From a virus, in IMG/VR virus record IMGVR_UViG_3300031857_000094, positions 18,569 through 82,568 of that record: 64,000 nt of DNA. The stretch is one strand, 5' to 3'. The position numbers and the translations under genes are program-made. How positions within the stretch are numbered: position 1 is the first letter of the stretch; each line of letters starts with the position of its first letter. Below the pieces are notes generated by a model that was not told the DNA's origin, searched no databases, and worked only from the letters and a program-made list of their open reading frames with translations. This document shows positions 11,201 through 18,916 of the stretch, in pieces.

Positions 11201-11675
11201 CTGTTCTGATGATTTCGTTATTAGCGAAGAAACGATATCCAGTTGAGTTGTTGGCTGCAATATATTTAACATACAACGTTTTATAGTTTGGTGATGTAGA
11301 TTCTGAACCGTCTTTAACTTTAACAACTATACCAAGAACACCAGACGTTGCACCTTTAACGATCTTATTAGAAAAATCGCTAACTGTTACTGTATTACCA
11401 GTTGAATTGTTGTTGCGCAGTTTAACGAAACTATAACGAGTATCGTAATTAGTTTCAAGACCCTGAACGGTTGAACCTTCTCTAAAAATATGCGAAGCGA
11501 AACGATCGATCTGATTTTGAAGGATCGTTTGCATCTGCGTGAGTTCGCGAGCCTGCACAGCCAATCCTGGGCGGAACAGAATACGATGGAAGTTTTTAGA
11601 CTCATCGAAATCGTCGTAGTAAGGTGATACGTTGAAGTTCGTTGAGAGCGTGACGTTATTAGCTTCTGCAGCCAT
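5265..11675 (-). CDS. Large virion structural protein, VrlC/DUF4815-like
   Basis: N-terminal NFNVSPYYDDFDESKNFHRILFRPG..QARELTQ.Q; internal YTMRDIGKI..RIDRLEYYTSL and DRFKNGILVDSF. Confidence 0.85.
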   Translation of the reverse strand: MAAEANNVTLSTNFNVSPYYDDFDESKNFHRILFRPGLAVQARELTQMQTILQNQIDRFASHIFREGSTVQGLETNYDTRYSFVKLRNNNSTGNTVTVSDFSNKIVKGATSGVLGIVVKVKDGSESTSPNYKTLYVKYIAANNSTGYRFFANNEIIRTVGGGTIYSANSITSGATGFGAAVTFNTGIVYAKDHFIRVPEQTVLVSNYQSTTASARVGFDITETIVTETTDESLLDPASGSYNYAAPGAARLKLTANVRSVALTATVSNTFVELFQVKDGVVQSISTRPQYSQIRDYIAKRTADESGDYVVNGFEINVKEHLKTGNNQGVLTSAEGGNNQLLVVFAEPGKAYVKGYDIERIATIGRNIQKATDSEAVQSAKALVDYGNYVIVDNVVGNWDVNQQSIVSLRSAQADAVSSRNYSTTVFSGSQIGTARVRGIEYYSGTPGLPSAQYKLYLTDVTMAAGQSFTAVQSIGYNGGGSTVYGKADIVGSNGLNANTSDPLFDRAVFRLPAQAIKRLRTTSGTVRNDYSFYVSNNVSFTTGGIATLTLSDGTFDGSGVLSDAATRTDFYVVSRGYANTTTFSETLSTTNGSNTITASATIDGKVNPGDAIYISSVSNTFIVSTVSGSTITTLGPVNGVTGSGKSFFKRFFPGQVLDFAGVGKDGARSINITSSTGATFDINETLTTTLSATIVSTLNKINGQEQSKSVQRNRLVQIHVGSNRGGSGYTANTTGPWSLGLSDGFKLISVRKKSSADFASATEGTDVTSHFTLDSGMLDSYYSHSRLVKKSSSALSIASGDRLLVKFDYFTHGVNPTGFFSYDSYPVDDATAATNTSKIFTYEIPVYISPSTGISYDLRDCVDFRPRMTDTANSVTVLSSSTIATNPKTSNTFVLPSGGLHFSPTGQDFTTDLEYYLRRVDIIGLNTDGSLVVTKGVPAVRPATPPAPNDVMAMASIELAPYPSLPPVLARRVGRPDQANKFRKFNNRRYTMRDIGKIAERIDRLEYYTSLTLLELSAQDLLVQDANGLDRFKNGILVDSFTTHAVGNVFDLDYKVAIDPTKGEMRPRFTNDETPLVMTANSANVVRTNVTPAGLSRDQVIVLSSTPSSSAFLPGTEVKIGSTPSATIRHRVGNKLYVEDAIVNFAAGATVVGNRAVGGSESANVSSVTATTAGKLVTLPYSHKILVNQPYATTTRNCAGAIWNFVGTLTLLPDNDYWCDTVEGPDTNITIDLNTDSWEYLASTWPANWNAPITSFTGSPVLVGSATNNVGGTYAVTQIDGSQIIYQDTQTQNYYATPTITTQTGEQTGIGFVTTTASYGNIVVDTSIIPYMRSRQILFKMQGMMPSIRVYGFFDGVDVNAYVTPLTEAEFTSGLKTITGAPITPAAAAGSAFVTDAYGTAYGAFQLPNDSSLKFRTGAKRLRFTDNPTNSGSFGQLVTSCEATYTAEGLAQTVSSLTVTTKSVEITQSALNSTTYGSSSSVTTSSGQVVVGTIPAPEEDNDDGGDWVPPEVPAHGDPIGQSFFINSILSTKTQTSGMYLTKFDLFFASKDNIRSVTIDIREVDPLTSAVTMKVVPYSRVTLTSAEVNTSADSSAATPVYFPSPVHLSNETEYAIVITPESGSPYYSVYTAVLGGKDLIDKSIVSEQPAAGVLFVSANQRVFQPEQKEDLKFTAYYAEFNKSTVGTLIVKNPARDHLTIANTTGALSSIGEVVHGQTRLVGTFTPGNGLKGNTATGNSFVQGMTSGATGKIVSVSANHVVVRDVSTGAKFRGGEAVRFRLGASPTTSPLAGNSTGGITSATYPVGRVTYYDAINYANTRLIVANTSYVNSGVAFANARAFATDTYIKGQTSGYNARIVTINNVAIDNMNLITNMIVPSNNQVRAFAKMATSTSARDSSFFRVNINGDTELSSPRYVLSRSIESNTSASSATMATNRSLEIKYEIDGRNIVASPAIDLDRIALYHTHNLISTNAAIGSSEDYVKFGGNAETRYITRIVGLADGQDAEDLRVYLTAYKPSGSNIFVYYKILAAEDNDSMADVRWIPMELNESQGFTAATRYSSSENKNDFLELVYDVPNYTNTARSGANNSTGIIEYRNSARAAYSKFKYFAIKIVLTNSTSSNPPRVKDLRAIALMI

Positions 11676-11687
11676 GATACCTTCCAA

Positions 11688-13511
11688 TTAGTATTTAATT
11701 GCTATTTTGAAATCTTCTGTCTGAGCAGGATCGCGGAGAACAGCTTCTCTATTTTCAGTATATATGACAAAACCAGTGTGGGGTTTTGTAGCAGGTTTCG
11801 TTAGTGAAACTACGTTGGCTGTGATAGATGAAGTCAATCCTGTCAATGTTTCTCCAGGAGTAAACGATCCACCAGTTCCATTGGTTACTACACGAATGAC
11901 TTTCGCGACACCTTTGGTTCTAGAAGCATTTGAGTTGGCAAAATAAACAAGTCGTGCCTTTGCACCGCTCGTTGATCCAACTACAATTTCATCCTCAACG
12001 AAATCGCCCGTAACTAACTCTACACCTATTCTGGTTGTCTGATCGATAACAGTAGAGTTGGCATATGAACCGTTAGCAAGAATAGGATCTCTAAGAATAC
12101 CAATCAAACGGAAATCGTTGTTTGTTGGGAACGTATTCGATTCTGATCCGCTAGTGCGAATGTTCAAGAAGATAGTCGTTCCACCAAGCTCGTCGACTGG
12201 ATCTGATCCATGACCGTTGAGTGGTGAAATGATAGGACGAGCCGTTGCACCAAAACCATGCGAAGAGTTAGCAGTAATCGTAGCATTCGCTGACGAATAC
12301 GAACGACCCTGATTAATTATGGTGATCTTACGAACACTACCACCAGTCGTACTTGATACATACGCAGTCGCGCGCGAAGTAGTCGTTCCACCTGAATCGC
12401 CACGAATAGTAACGAGCGGAGAAATCACATAACGACTTGATGTGGTAGGCGTGACAGTAAAAGCTGAGTTAACAATTAAAGTGTTGTTAGATCCCCAATA
12501 CTTTACAATTTTACGAAGCTCTCCCGCGGCGGGTCCTTCACTTATAAACAAACCAGAACCAACATAAGTTCCGTCGATACCAGAAGAAGTTGACTGCAAT
12601 TTCATTACTGTTGTACTCGTAACAGTGTGAAACGTATTTGTTGTATGAAGATATCCAGCGCCGTCAGCGATAACCTTAACGTGATGAATTGAACCGTTAC
12701 CCGATGTGCGAGCGTTTTGTTGCACCGTCCACTGCGCACTATTACTGCTGGATGTTAAAGTTTTAACTGGCATATAATCAACAGTCAAAAACTGAGTGCG
12801 TTCTCCAGACTCGATGGTATACATGTATTTCCAACGATATCCATCGGCTGTCGTTTCGATAGATGTTCCAGTTGTCGTTGGTTTTACAGTTGAGTTGGCT
12901 CCACGATTATTATCAATGCACTTATACACATTGTAATCGTCCGTCATCATAAAGAAACGGAGCGATCCAGGCGCAGCCGTCAATGAAACTACTGCTTTAT
13001 CGTCCCACTCATTGTAAAACGTATTATTAGCCCAATTGACGCGAGGAATGGCATGAGTCGCATCTGAAGACTGAATTTTCTTCATGGATGTGATGTCGTC
13101 AACTAAATCGTAGTTAACGTTGAAGTAACTTGGCGTTACAGCTGGAGGTTGAGATTCAGAAAACGTCTTACGAATATAAGCGTTTGCTCCAGTTGTGTTA
13201 GCGCCAGATGGTCTCGGTGTAACAACAATAGTTTGTGCAGTCGGAATAGAGTGAACACGAACTACTGTCGACTGACCAGTAATACCAATTCTATCACCAA
13301 CGGCAAGCTCTGTCGTAAAGTATGTGCCTATGCCTACGATAGTATTAGAACTCGTCGTCGTTTTTACAGTCCCCGCGATAGGAATCGCATTAGCATATTG
13401 TTGAGGTTTCCCGATGAAAAAGTAATAGCGAGTAGGTGCTGCTTCGTTCAGTCCCTCAAGGAACTGTTGGGCGTTCAGCACTCTAAATCGACGAGGTACT
13501 AATCCTGGCAT
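11688..13511 (-). CDS. gp8: Baseplate wedge subunit (gp8-like)
   Basis: YNVYKCIDNN, DGYRWKYMYTI and GHGSDPVDELG motifs; synteny. Confidence 0.85.
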   Translation of the reverse strand: MPGLVPRRFRVLNAQQFLEGLNEAAPTRYYFFIGKPQQYANAIPIAGTVKTTTSSNTIVGIGTYFTTELAVGDRIGITGQSTVVRVHSIPTAQTIVVTPRPSGANTTGANAYIRKTFSESQPPAVTPSYFNVNYDLVDDITSMKKIQSSDATHAIPRVNWANNTFYNEWDDKAVVSLTAAPGSLRFFMMTDDYNVYKCIDNNRGANSTVKPTTTGTSIETTADGYRWKYMYTIESGERTQFLTVDYMPVKTLTSSSNSAQWTVQQNARTSGNGSIHHVKVIADGAGYLHTTNTFHTVTSTTVMKLQSTSSGIDGTYVGSGLFISEGPAAGELRKIVKYWGSNNTLIVNSAFTVTPTTSSRYVISPLVTIRGDSGGTTTSRATAYVSSTTGGSVRKITIINQGRSYSSANATITANSSHGFGATARPIISPLNGHGSDPVDELGGTTIFLNIRTSGSESNTFPTNNDFRLIGILRDPILANGSYANSTVIDQTTRIGVELVTGDFVEDEIVVGSTSGAKARLVYFANSNASRTKGVAKVIRVVTNGTGGSFTPGETLTGLTSSITANVVSLTKPATKPHTGFVIYTENREAVLRDPAQTEDFKIAIKY

Positions 13512-14083
13512 TATGCAGACGCAGTATAAGTTACGTTAACAACGTCACCGTTACCAATGGTCTTATCGCCACCTGTGAACAGACCTGCTGAGTAAAGTGA
13601 ACCAGAGTATCCACCCTTAGCCGCAGCTAGACCAGTTCCAGTGTTAGCCATCAGGAACGTACCTTTGATTGTGTTGGCTGAAGTAATCGAGAACACAGCA
13701 GCTGTTGAAGTCGCCTTCGAGCCGCTTGATGCTGCTGAAAACGATGGTGGGCGACGAGTTGTCTGTGAGTAACCTGTGAACTCAGTCCAGCCCGTATGTG
13801 AGTTAGCTGTATCGCCAGCAGCAACAGCAGTATAACCTGTTGAGCTGATCAGACCAAGAAATACTTTTCCAGTGTATGCAGAACCAGCTAGATACGTATC
13901 TAGAAGATGATTCTTGCCCTGAGTTGTAACAAGATTACTAAACTCTTCTTCCCACTTTAGGTTTCCATGCGCATCAAAACATTGTGCAACATACTTACCT
14001 GTTACATTAACCTCTTCCATATTACCTGCTCCTCTAACGACTGTAGCGTCGGCGTGAGTTGTTGATTTGATTGATTCTGTCAT
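13511..14083 (-). CDS. Virion structural protein, hypothetical
   Basis: 190 aa, own late promoter, lies between gp7 and gp8; NLVTTQGKNHLLD. Confidence 0.55.
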   Translation of the reverse strand: MTESIKSTTHADATVVRGAGNMEEVNVTGKYVAQCFDAHGNLKWEEEFSNLVTTQGKNHLLDTYLAGSAYTGKVFLGLISSTGYTAVAAGDTANSHTGWTEFTGYSQTTRRPPSFSAASSGSKATSTAAVFSITSANTIKGTFLMANTGTGLAAAKGGYSGSLYSAGLFTGGDKTIGNGDVVNVTYTASA

Positions 14084-14098
14084 AATGCTTCCTATCCG

Positions 14099-14106
14099 TA
14101 TTTATA
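14099..14106 (-). promoter_or_regulatory. T4-type late promoter TATAAATA
   Basis: Exact T4 late -10 consensus 15 nt upstream of ATG 14083. Confidence 0.75.
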
Positions 14107-14113
14107 ACTAGAT

Positions 14114-16519
14114 TTAGGACACAGTAGCGTCAACTGTATCGTATAGATTAATTGTGATATCACCAACTGGAGTGCTTTGCTCAGAAGACACTAAGTTATC
14201 TTGATAGTTCAAGATCAATACGCCAAATATTCCGTTGGCCGTAATCGTCGCGTTTTCTGCAACAACAGTCGTGATCGACTCTGATATTGAAGTATTAGCG
14301 ATAAATGTAGCATCAGGAGTTTCAGTAGGAGTGATAGATTCTGAAGCAAACGTATTAGCAATAAATGTAGCATCAGGAGTTTCAACGGATGTAATTGATT
14401 CCGTGATGTTTGTATTAGCAGTGAATGTTGCGGTGTGTGTTGCATCAGTCGAAACAGAATCAGTTACGCTCATACCGTAATTGTATTCTGCTGTCGCTGT
14501 TTCTGTTACCGCCGCCGTAATAGGCTCTCTCACTACGCCGCGAGCAACGCTTGGCGCTTCGTCGATAACTGTGATATTTACATTCGCAGTCGAGCTAATA
14601 ACGTAATCACCGAACAACTTGACGCCCGCTGGATGAACGAGAGCCTTAATGATATCACGATACTTACTCAGCATCTGATTGACGCGAATAACGTATGAAA
14701 ACTCTTGATAGTAGAAGTTATCTTGCAGCTTATTGTTCCAGCTCAGGAAACCTTTAGTGTCGATATAACGACCTGGGAACGAAACGAAACCAGATGGTCT
14801 GGCTGTTCCAAAACCTGAGTATGTTTTCTTGCGATTCAGAGATCTATTGCTCGATGCTCCATTCGCGAAAGAGCTGCTTAAAGTTTGAATGATTGCCGCA
14901 TTAGACTGCGTCAAGTTAAAGATTGTAGCATCTTCATACTTGTTAAAGTTTGAGCCAGAAGTTGTGACGCGGATTTTCGAAATTGAACCAGGCGCATTAT
15001 CTGCTACAACAACTGCATTGTTACCGTGGAAATTGCCATATCCATCTGATAGATTCAATCTTCTAATGAAATCATCTACGATTGTAATCGTAGGTAGCGA
15101 AGTGCTGTATCCCTTACCTGGATTAATAAGAGTGATTGCGTTGATTGAATAGAGCGATGTGGTACTGAATGTAAGAGCACTGACTAGTCTCGTGCTAACA
15201 TTCGCAGCAGCCAAACGAATGTATGCGTTTGCGCCTGTTACATTTTGGAATGGTGTTTGCGTAGAAACGAACGAATTCGCACTAGTGATGGAATGAACGC
15301 GGGCAGTATTAGCTACGCCAAAAATGCGAACGATATCACCAACTTGCAACTGCGAAGTAAAGTTTGTTCCAATTCCTGAAATAGTATTGGAAACACTCGA
15401 TGTTGCAACAGTTCCTGTTAGTTTAGTTGCAATTCTAGCTGTATTCGCTCCGCGACGAACAAAGAAAGATGGCGTATCAAGGCGCACATCTTTCATTGGG
15501 CCAATGAGATCTGTATTGATCGAAAGACCTGCAATAGGTTGAGATGTATATGATTCAACCTTTGCTTCGAATCCCGACCCGTTGCCGCCACTTACGAAAA
15601 GTCTAGTATTTTCTCTTGTGTATCCAGAACCAGCTTTCGTGAGTCTAACAGTGACTGCGCTTTTATTGGTAACTTCTGTGATAACGCCAGTCGCGTTTTC
15701 AGTAGAGCCAGCGCCGCTGATTTCTACGCTATCTCCTAAGTTATGAAATGCACCACCGTCGGTTACATCAATTCCGACGATAGATCCAACTTGAGAGCTG
15801 ACTGTCGTGAACTCACTAGTATTATCTGCGTTGATTACTCGTTCGCCATCGTTAAATGTTCCCACTATGTTACGAACAGTCATATCATAAACGAGAAGAC
15901 CGAGAGCTTCTGTAGCGATAATATCTTCTACGAATGCAGTGGCTCCAGAAGTTACGCCACGAATGCGCTTACCTTGTAGCGTTCTTGGATTAATGTTAGA
16001 CGGAGAGCCAACGCGAAGACGAGTTTCCTGTACCCAACGTCCGTCAGACGCGCGAAGGATATCGTCGCCAGGATAATAAAAATCAATTTCTTGACCGAAG
16101 AGCGCACGGAAAAGGAAACGATATGACTCTTGCGAACCACGAGTACGATAGAACTCGCGGATGTGTTTAGTCAGCAGACGCTTATTAGCCAAAACGTCTT
16201 TAGGAATGTTGATCATAAACTGTTTGCGGAAATATTCTACAAACGAATCAATAGTTCTGTCGATGTCTTGATTGTCGCGAATCGCACGAGCGGCATTGAT
16301 TGCTTTTCCGCTCTGCTCCATATACTCGAAGTATGCCTTCATGAAGGCAACGAACTGAGGTCCTTCTTCTCGAATGAACCCAGGTAGCTGAGTTTCAATT
16401 TGAGAAGATATCTTTTTCAAAATTTCTTCAGCACCCACGATTGCTTTAGCATCAGTATTTGCGTCTGACGCATCACTGGTGGTAATAGATTCTGTGATAC
16501 TATCTGTAAATGTAGTCAT
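14114..16519 (-). CDS. gp7: Baseplate wedge initiator (gp7-like)
   Basis: FY.TRGS.ESYRFLFR.LF, LQDNFYYQEFSYVI and LVHPAG.KLFG motifs; follows gp6. Confidence 0.8.
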   Translation of the reverse strand: MTTFTDSITESITTSDASDANTDAKAIVGAEEILKKISSQIETQLPGFIREEGPQFVAFMKAYFEYMEQSGKAINAARAIRDNQDIDRTIDSFVEYFRKQFMINIPKDVLANKRLLTKHIREFYRTRGSQESYRFLFRALFGQEIDFYYPGDDILRASDGRWVQETRLRVGSPSNINPRTLQGKRIRGVTSGATAFVEDIIATEALGLLVYDMTVRNIVGTFNDGERVINADNTSEFTTVSSQVGSIVGIDVTDGGAFHNLGDSVEISGAGSTENATGVITEVTNKSAVTVRLTKAGSGYTRENTRLFVSGGNGSGFEAKVESYTSQPIAGLSINTDLIGPMKDVRLDTPSFFVRRGANTARIATKLTGTVATSSVSNTISGIGTNFTSQLQVGDIVRIFGVANTARVHSITSANSFVSTQTPFQNVTGANAYIRLAAANVSTRLVSALTFSTTSLYSINAITLINPGKGYSTSLPTITIVDDFIRRLNLSDGYGNFHGNNAVVVADNAPGSISKIRVTTSGSNFNKYEDATIFNLTQSNAAIIQTLSSSFANGASSNRSLNRKKTYSGFGTARPSGFVSFPGRYIDTKGFLSWNNKLQDNFYYQEFSYVIRVNQMLSKYRDIIKALVHPAGVKLFGDYVISSTANVNITVIDEAPSVARGVVREPITAAVTETATAEYNYGMSVTDSVSTDATHTATFTANTNITESITSVETPDATFIANTFASESITPTETPDATFIANTSISESITTVVAENATITANGIFGVLILNYQDNLVSSEQSTPVGDITINLYDTVDATVS
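14245..14470 (-). repeat. 60-nt (20 aa) tandem repeat in the gp7 C-terminus (ESITxxETPDATFIANT)
   Basis: ataaatgtagcatcaggagtttca occurs at 14301 and 14361, with degenerate copies on both sides. Confidence 0.8.
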
Positions 16520-18411
16520 TAGAAGCTATACAACCTGATTGATGGTGTTTGAATAGTAGCTGTTTGTCCGATAGTTTCAATATTCGAAGCTGTAGCCACA
16601 GTTCGATTAGTCTTATCGTCAACGATATCAACACGGGTTTGAGAAATCAACAAGATCTGATTTCTAACAGGACTGATGTTTGGTGAAATTGGCGAAACGA
16701 AAACAGAAACGCCAGATCCGCTGTATGCGGATGGAAGGAACGAACTGATGTTCACTATTCCAGCTTCATACTCAATAGTTCCTGCCGAGAAGTTAGTATA
16801 AACTCTACCAAGGCGCCCAGCGCCAGAGCGATAGTATGTTCTTAGTGTGCCAAATCCGTTGTCATCAAAAAACGACTCTTGATCCTGATAAGTGAACGAC
16901 GATGAAGTTATAGATCCATATCCTGGATGGCGCGCAACTCCGCTAATCAGTTCTGGAGTACCTAGTCTCTGAATGCCATTGTTGAAGTTGATTGTATAGT
17001 TGCTAGAAATCGCTAGATTAGGAACGAACTGTTTTCTTAAACGAATATTAGCGTTGGTTGTTCTGATAGACTCATCTGTTCCGTCAACATAGTCAAGGAA
17101 ACGTGAGTATCTAAAGCTCTTATTGAATGTCGATAGATTCGTAGATTCAAACTGAATAACACGAGCTGCAACAGCACTAGCCAATTCGCCAGGAGTCAGC
17201 GTCGTAAGTGTTGGATCGTATCTGACTGTTACTTCTGGAACGATGTAGAGATAGACTGGATCAACGACTTCGATGTCGATTGACTGCACGTTGTATTTAC
17301 GAACAGCATTAACGATTTCTTGTTTTCTGTTTTGTGAAAATACAGTTGACGTTTTTGGCTTGGCAGATACAAACACTTTACCATAGATAGGCGGATCGTT
17401 TTCTTCGCCACCCCAAACAGAAATAGCTTGAATGTCTGGATTTTGTTTCAGAAGGATACGCTCATAATCCTCAGATGTTACTGTGCGATTTTGTGTTTCA
17501 TAGATACGCGGAGCATTAAATCTGACTGATTCAATATCTTCGATAGAAGCACCACCAGAAGATCTTCCGATTGGAACTACAGTGATTCCGCTTTGTCCAT
17601 TGATAGTCGTGTTAACGAGATTGAATGTGTTCGCGCCATTAGGAGCAGATCCGTTGCATACGCGATACGAAACTGTAATGATAGAAGATGTCGTTGGCTG
17701 TTTACCAAGCACATTATCGCCAAATGAAATCTTATATTTTTTCTGACGATCAGCTTCAATAAAGAAAACTTGAGACGAAGAGTTGGTAGTCATCAAGTCG
17801 TCAGCAGGAATATACGTTTGAACGTTTCCGCTGGCTGTAACTGAAACAGTGATACTTGTTGTATCTACATTTTCGTTAGGAAGAACAAATGATTGATTAG
17901 CAGTTCTGTTATAAACGAAACGATGTGTAAGTGGTGTTCCCTCTTTGATTTCAACGTATCCAGCAAATCCACCAGCACTATTGGCTGTAATTGTATATGT
18001 TTGTGGTGTTACGAACACATAGCTCGTTCCATTGACAGTCGTAGTGAACTGTGTGTTTTTAGGAACTTGAAGAGAAAGTAATGAAGAGTTAGCTGTAGTT
18101 GCAGTAAAAATCAGCTGAACGTTTGCTGTAGAGCTACGAGCAGAAGTTGGCATATAGCCAAGAGACTTGGCATGAGACACAACGCTATCATACAGCTGAG
18201 CTGTATCGATGAATCCCTCGTTCGTAGCCATATTCGTATAGAATGCGTTCAGATATGTGTTATACGCAAGCACATCGAGCAACGTACCAAGCGCTGAATC
18301 GCTGAAGTCATAGTCAGTAAACTCTGGCTTAGATGCGATATAGTTTCGCAGATTCGAACGAATAGAATCGAAGTCTAATCCAGTTACTACAAGATCGGTA
18401 GTCGTTGCCAT
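16519..18411 (-). CDS. gp6: Baseplate wedge subunit
   Basis: LDFDSIRSNL, TDYDF, LLDVLAYNT, QNRTVT.EDY and WGGEENDPPIYGKVF motifs. Confidence 0.93.
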   Translation of the reverse strand: MATTTDLVVTGLDFDSIRSNLRNYIASKPEFTDYDFSDSALGTLLDVLAYNTYLNAFYTNMATNEGFIDTAQLYDSVVSHAKSLGYMPTSARSSTANVQLIFTATTANSSLLSLQVPKNTQFTTTVNGTSYVFVTPQTYTITANSAGGFAGYVEIKEGTPLTHRFVYNRTANQSFVLPNENVDTTSITVSVTASGNVQTYIPADDLMTTNSSSQVFFIEADRQKKYKISFGDNVLGKQPTTSSIITVSYRVCNGSAPNGANTFNLVNTTINGQSGITVVPIGRSSGGASIEDIESVRFNAPRIYETQNRTVTSEDYERILLKQNPDIQAISVWGGEENDPPIYGKVFVSAKPKTSTVFSQNRKQEIVNAVRKYNVQSIDIEVVDPVYLYIVPEVTVRYDPTLTTLTPGELASAVAARVIQFESTNLSTFNKSFRYSRFLDYVDGTDESIRTTNANIRLRKQFVPNLAISSNYTINFNNGIQRLGTPELISGVARHPGYGSITSSSFTYQDQESFFDDNGFGTLRTYYRSGAGRLGRVYTNFSAGTIEYEAGIVNISSFLPSAYSGSGVSVFVSPISPNISPVRNQILLISQTRVDIVDDKTNRTVATASNIETIGQTATIQTPSIRLYSF

Positions 18412-18839
18412 TAGCGGACCTTATTGAGATTGATGTCTAGTGTTAGTTGATTCAGAGTCGTGACGTTTCGGAATCTAATCGTAACATACAACTCGTTACT
18501 ATCACGATTTTCAGTAACGGTTACAGGTTTCGACTCTCCGCTAATATCAGCTCTAGGCTCAAAGTTTTCGATCGCGTTAACAATCAAGTTCTCAAAGTCG
18601 CTAGCCGCGATATCATCAAAGTTCTCGAACAGCCTAGAGCGAATATTTCCACCATAGTTCGGAAGAAACGGACGCTCGTAAGTATTAGTCAGAATCAAAT
18701 TCTTCAAGGCCTGCTTTACAGCATCATCATCTTTTTTAATCAGCAGCTTTCCCGTCGATGGATGACGACGAAACTGAAGATCAAAATCACGGAACGTGAT
18801 CTTTTTGAGTGAAGCTGGTAGCGGTCTTTTGTTATTCAT
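18411..18839 (-). CDS. gp25: Baseplate wedge subunit gp25-like
   Basis: AVKQALKNLILTNTYERPF.P.YG and FEPR motifs. Confidence 0.9.
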   Translation of the reverse strand: MNNKRPLPASLKKITFRDFDLQFRRHPSTGKLLIKKDDDAVKQALKNLILTNTYERPFLPNYGGNIRSRLFENFDDIAASDFENLIVNAIENFEPRADISGESKPVTVTENRDSNELYVTIRFRNVTTLNQLTLDINLNKVR

Positions 18840-18855
18840 TGCTTTCCCTTTTCGT

Positions 18856-18863
18856 TATTTATT
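18856..18863 (-). promoter_or_regulatory. Late promoter variant AATAAATA upstream of gp25
   Basis: One mismatch to TATAAATA, 16 nt before the ATG. Confidence 0.55.
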
Positions 18864-18876
18864 CAGGAAAAAAGTC

Positions 18877-18905
18877 TTGACAATATAACCAAAGACCATT
18901 ATAAT
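18877..18905 (+). promoter_or_regulatory. Perfect sigma70 promoter, antisense to the late operon
   Basis: TTGACA-N17-TATAAT with an upstream A-tract. Confidence 0.7.
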
Positions 18906-18916
18906 AAGAACTGTGT

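Noticed and set aside
14245-14470. 60-nt periodic repeats as a CRISPR or DGR element
   Set aside because: In-frame coding repeats with no unique spacers; no reverse transcriptase or adenine-specific variation seen
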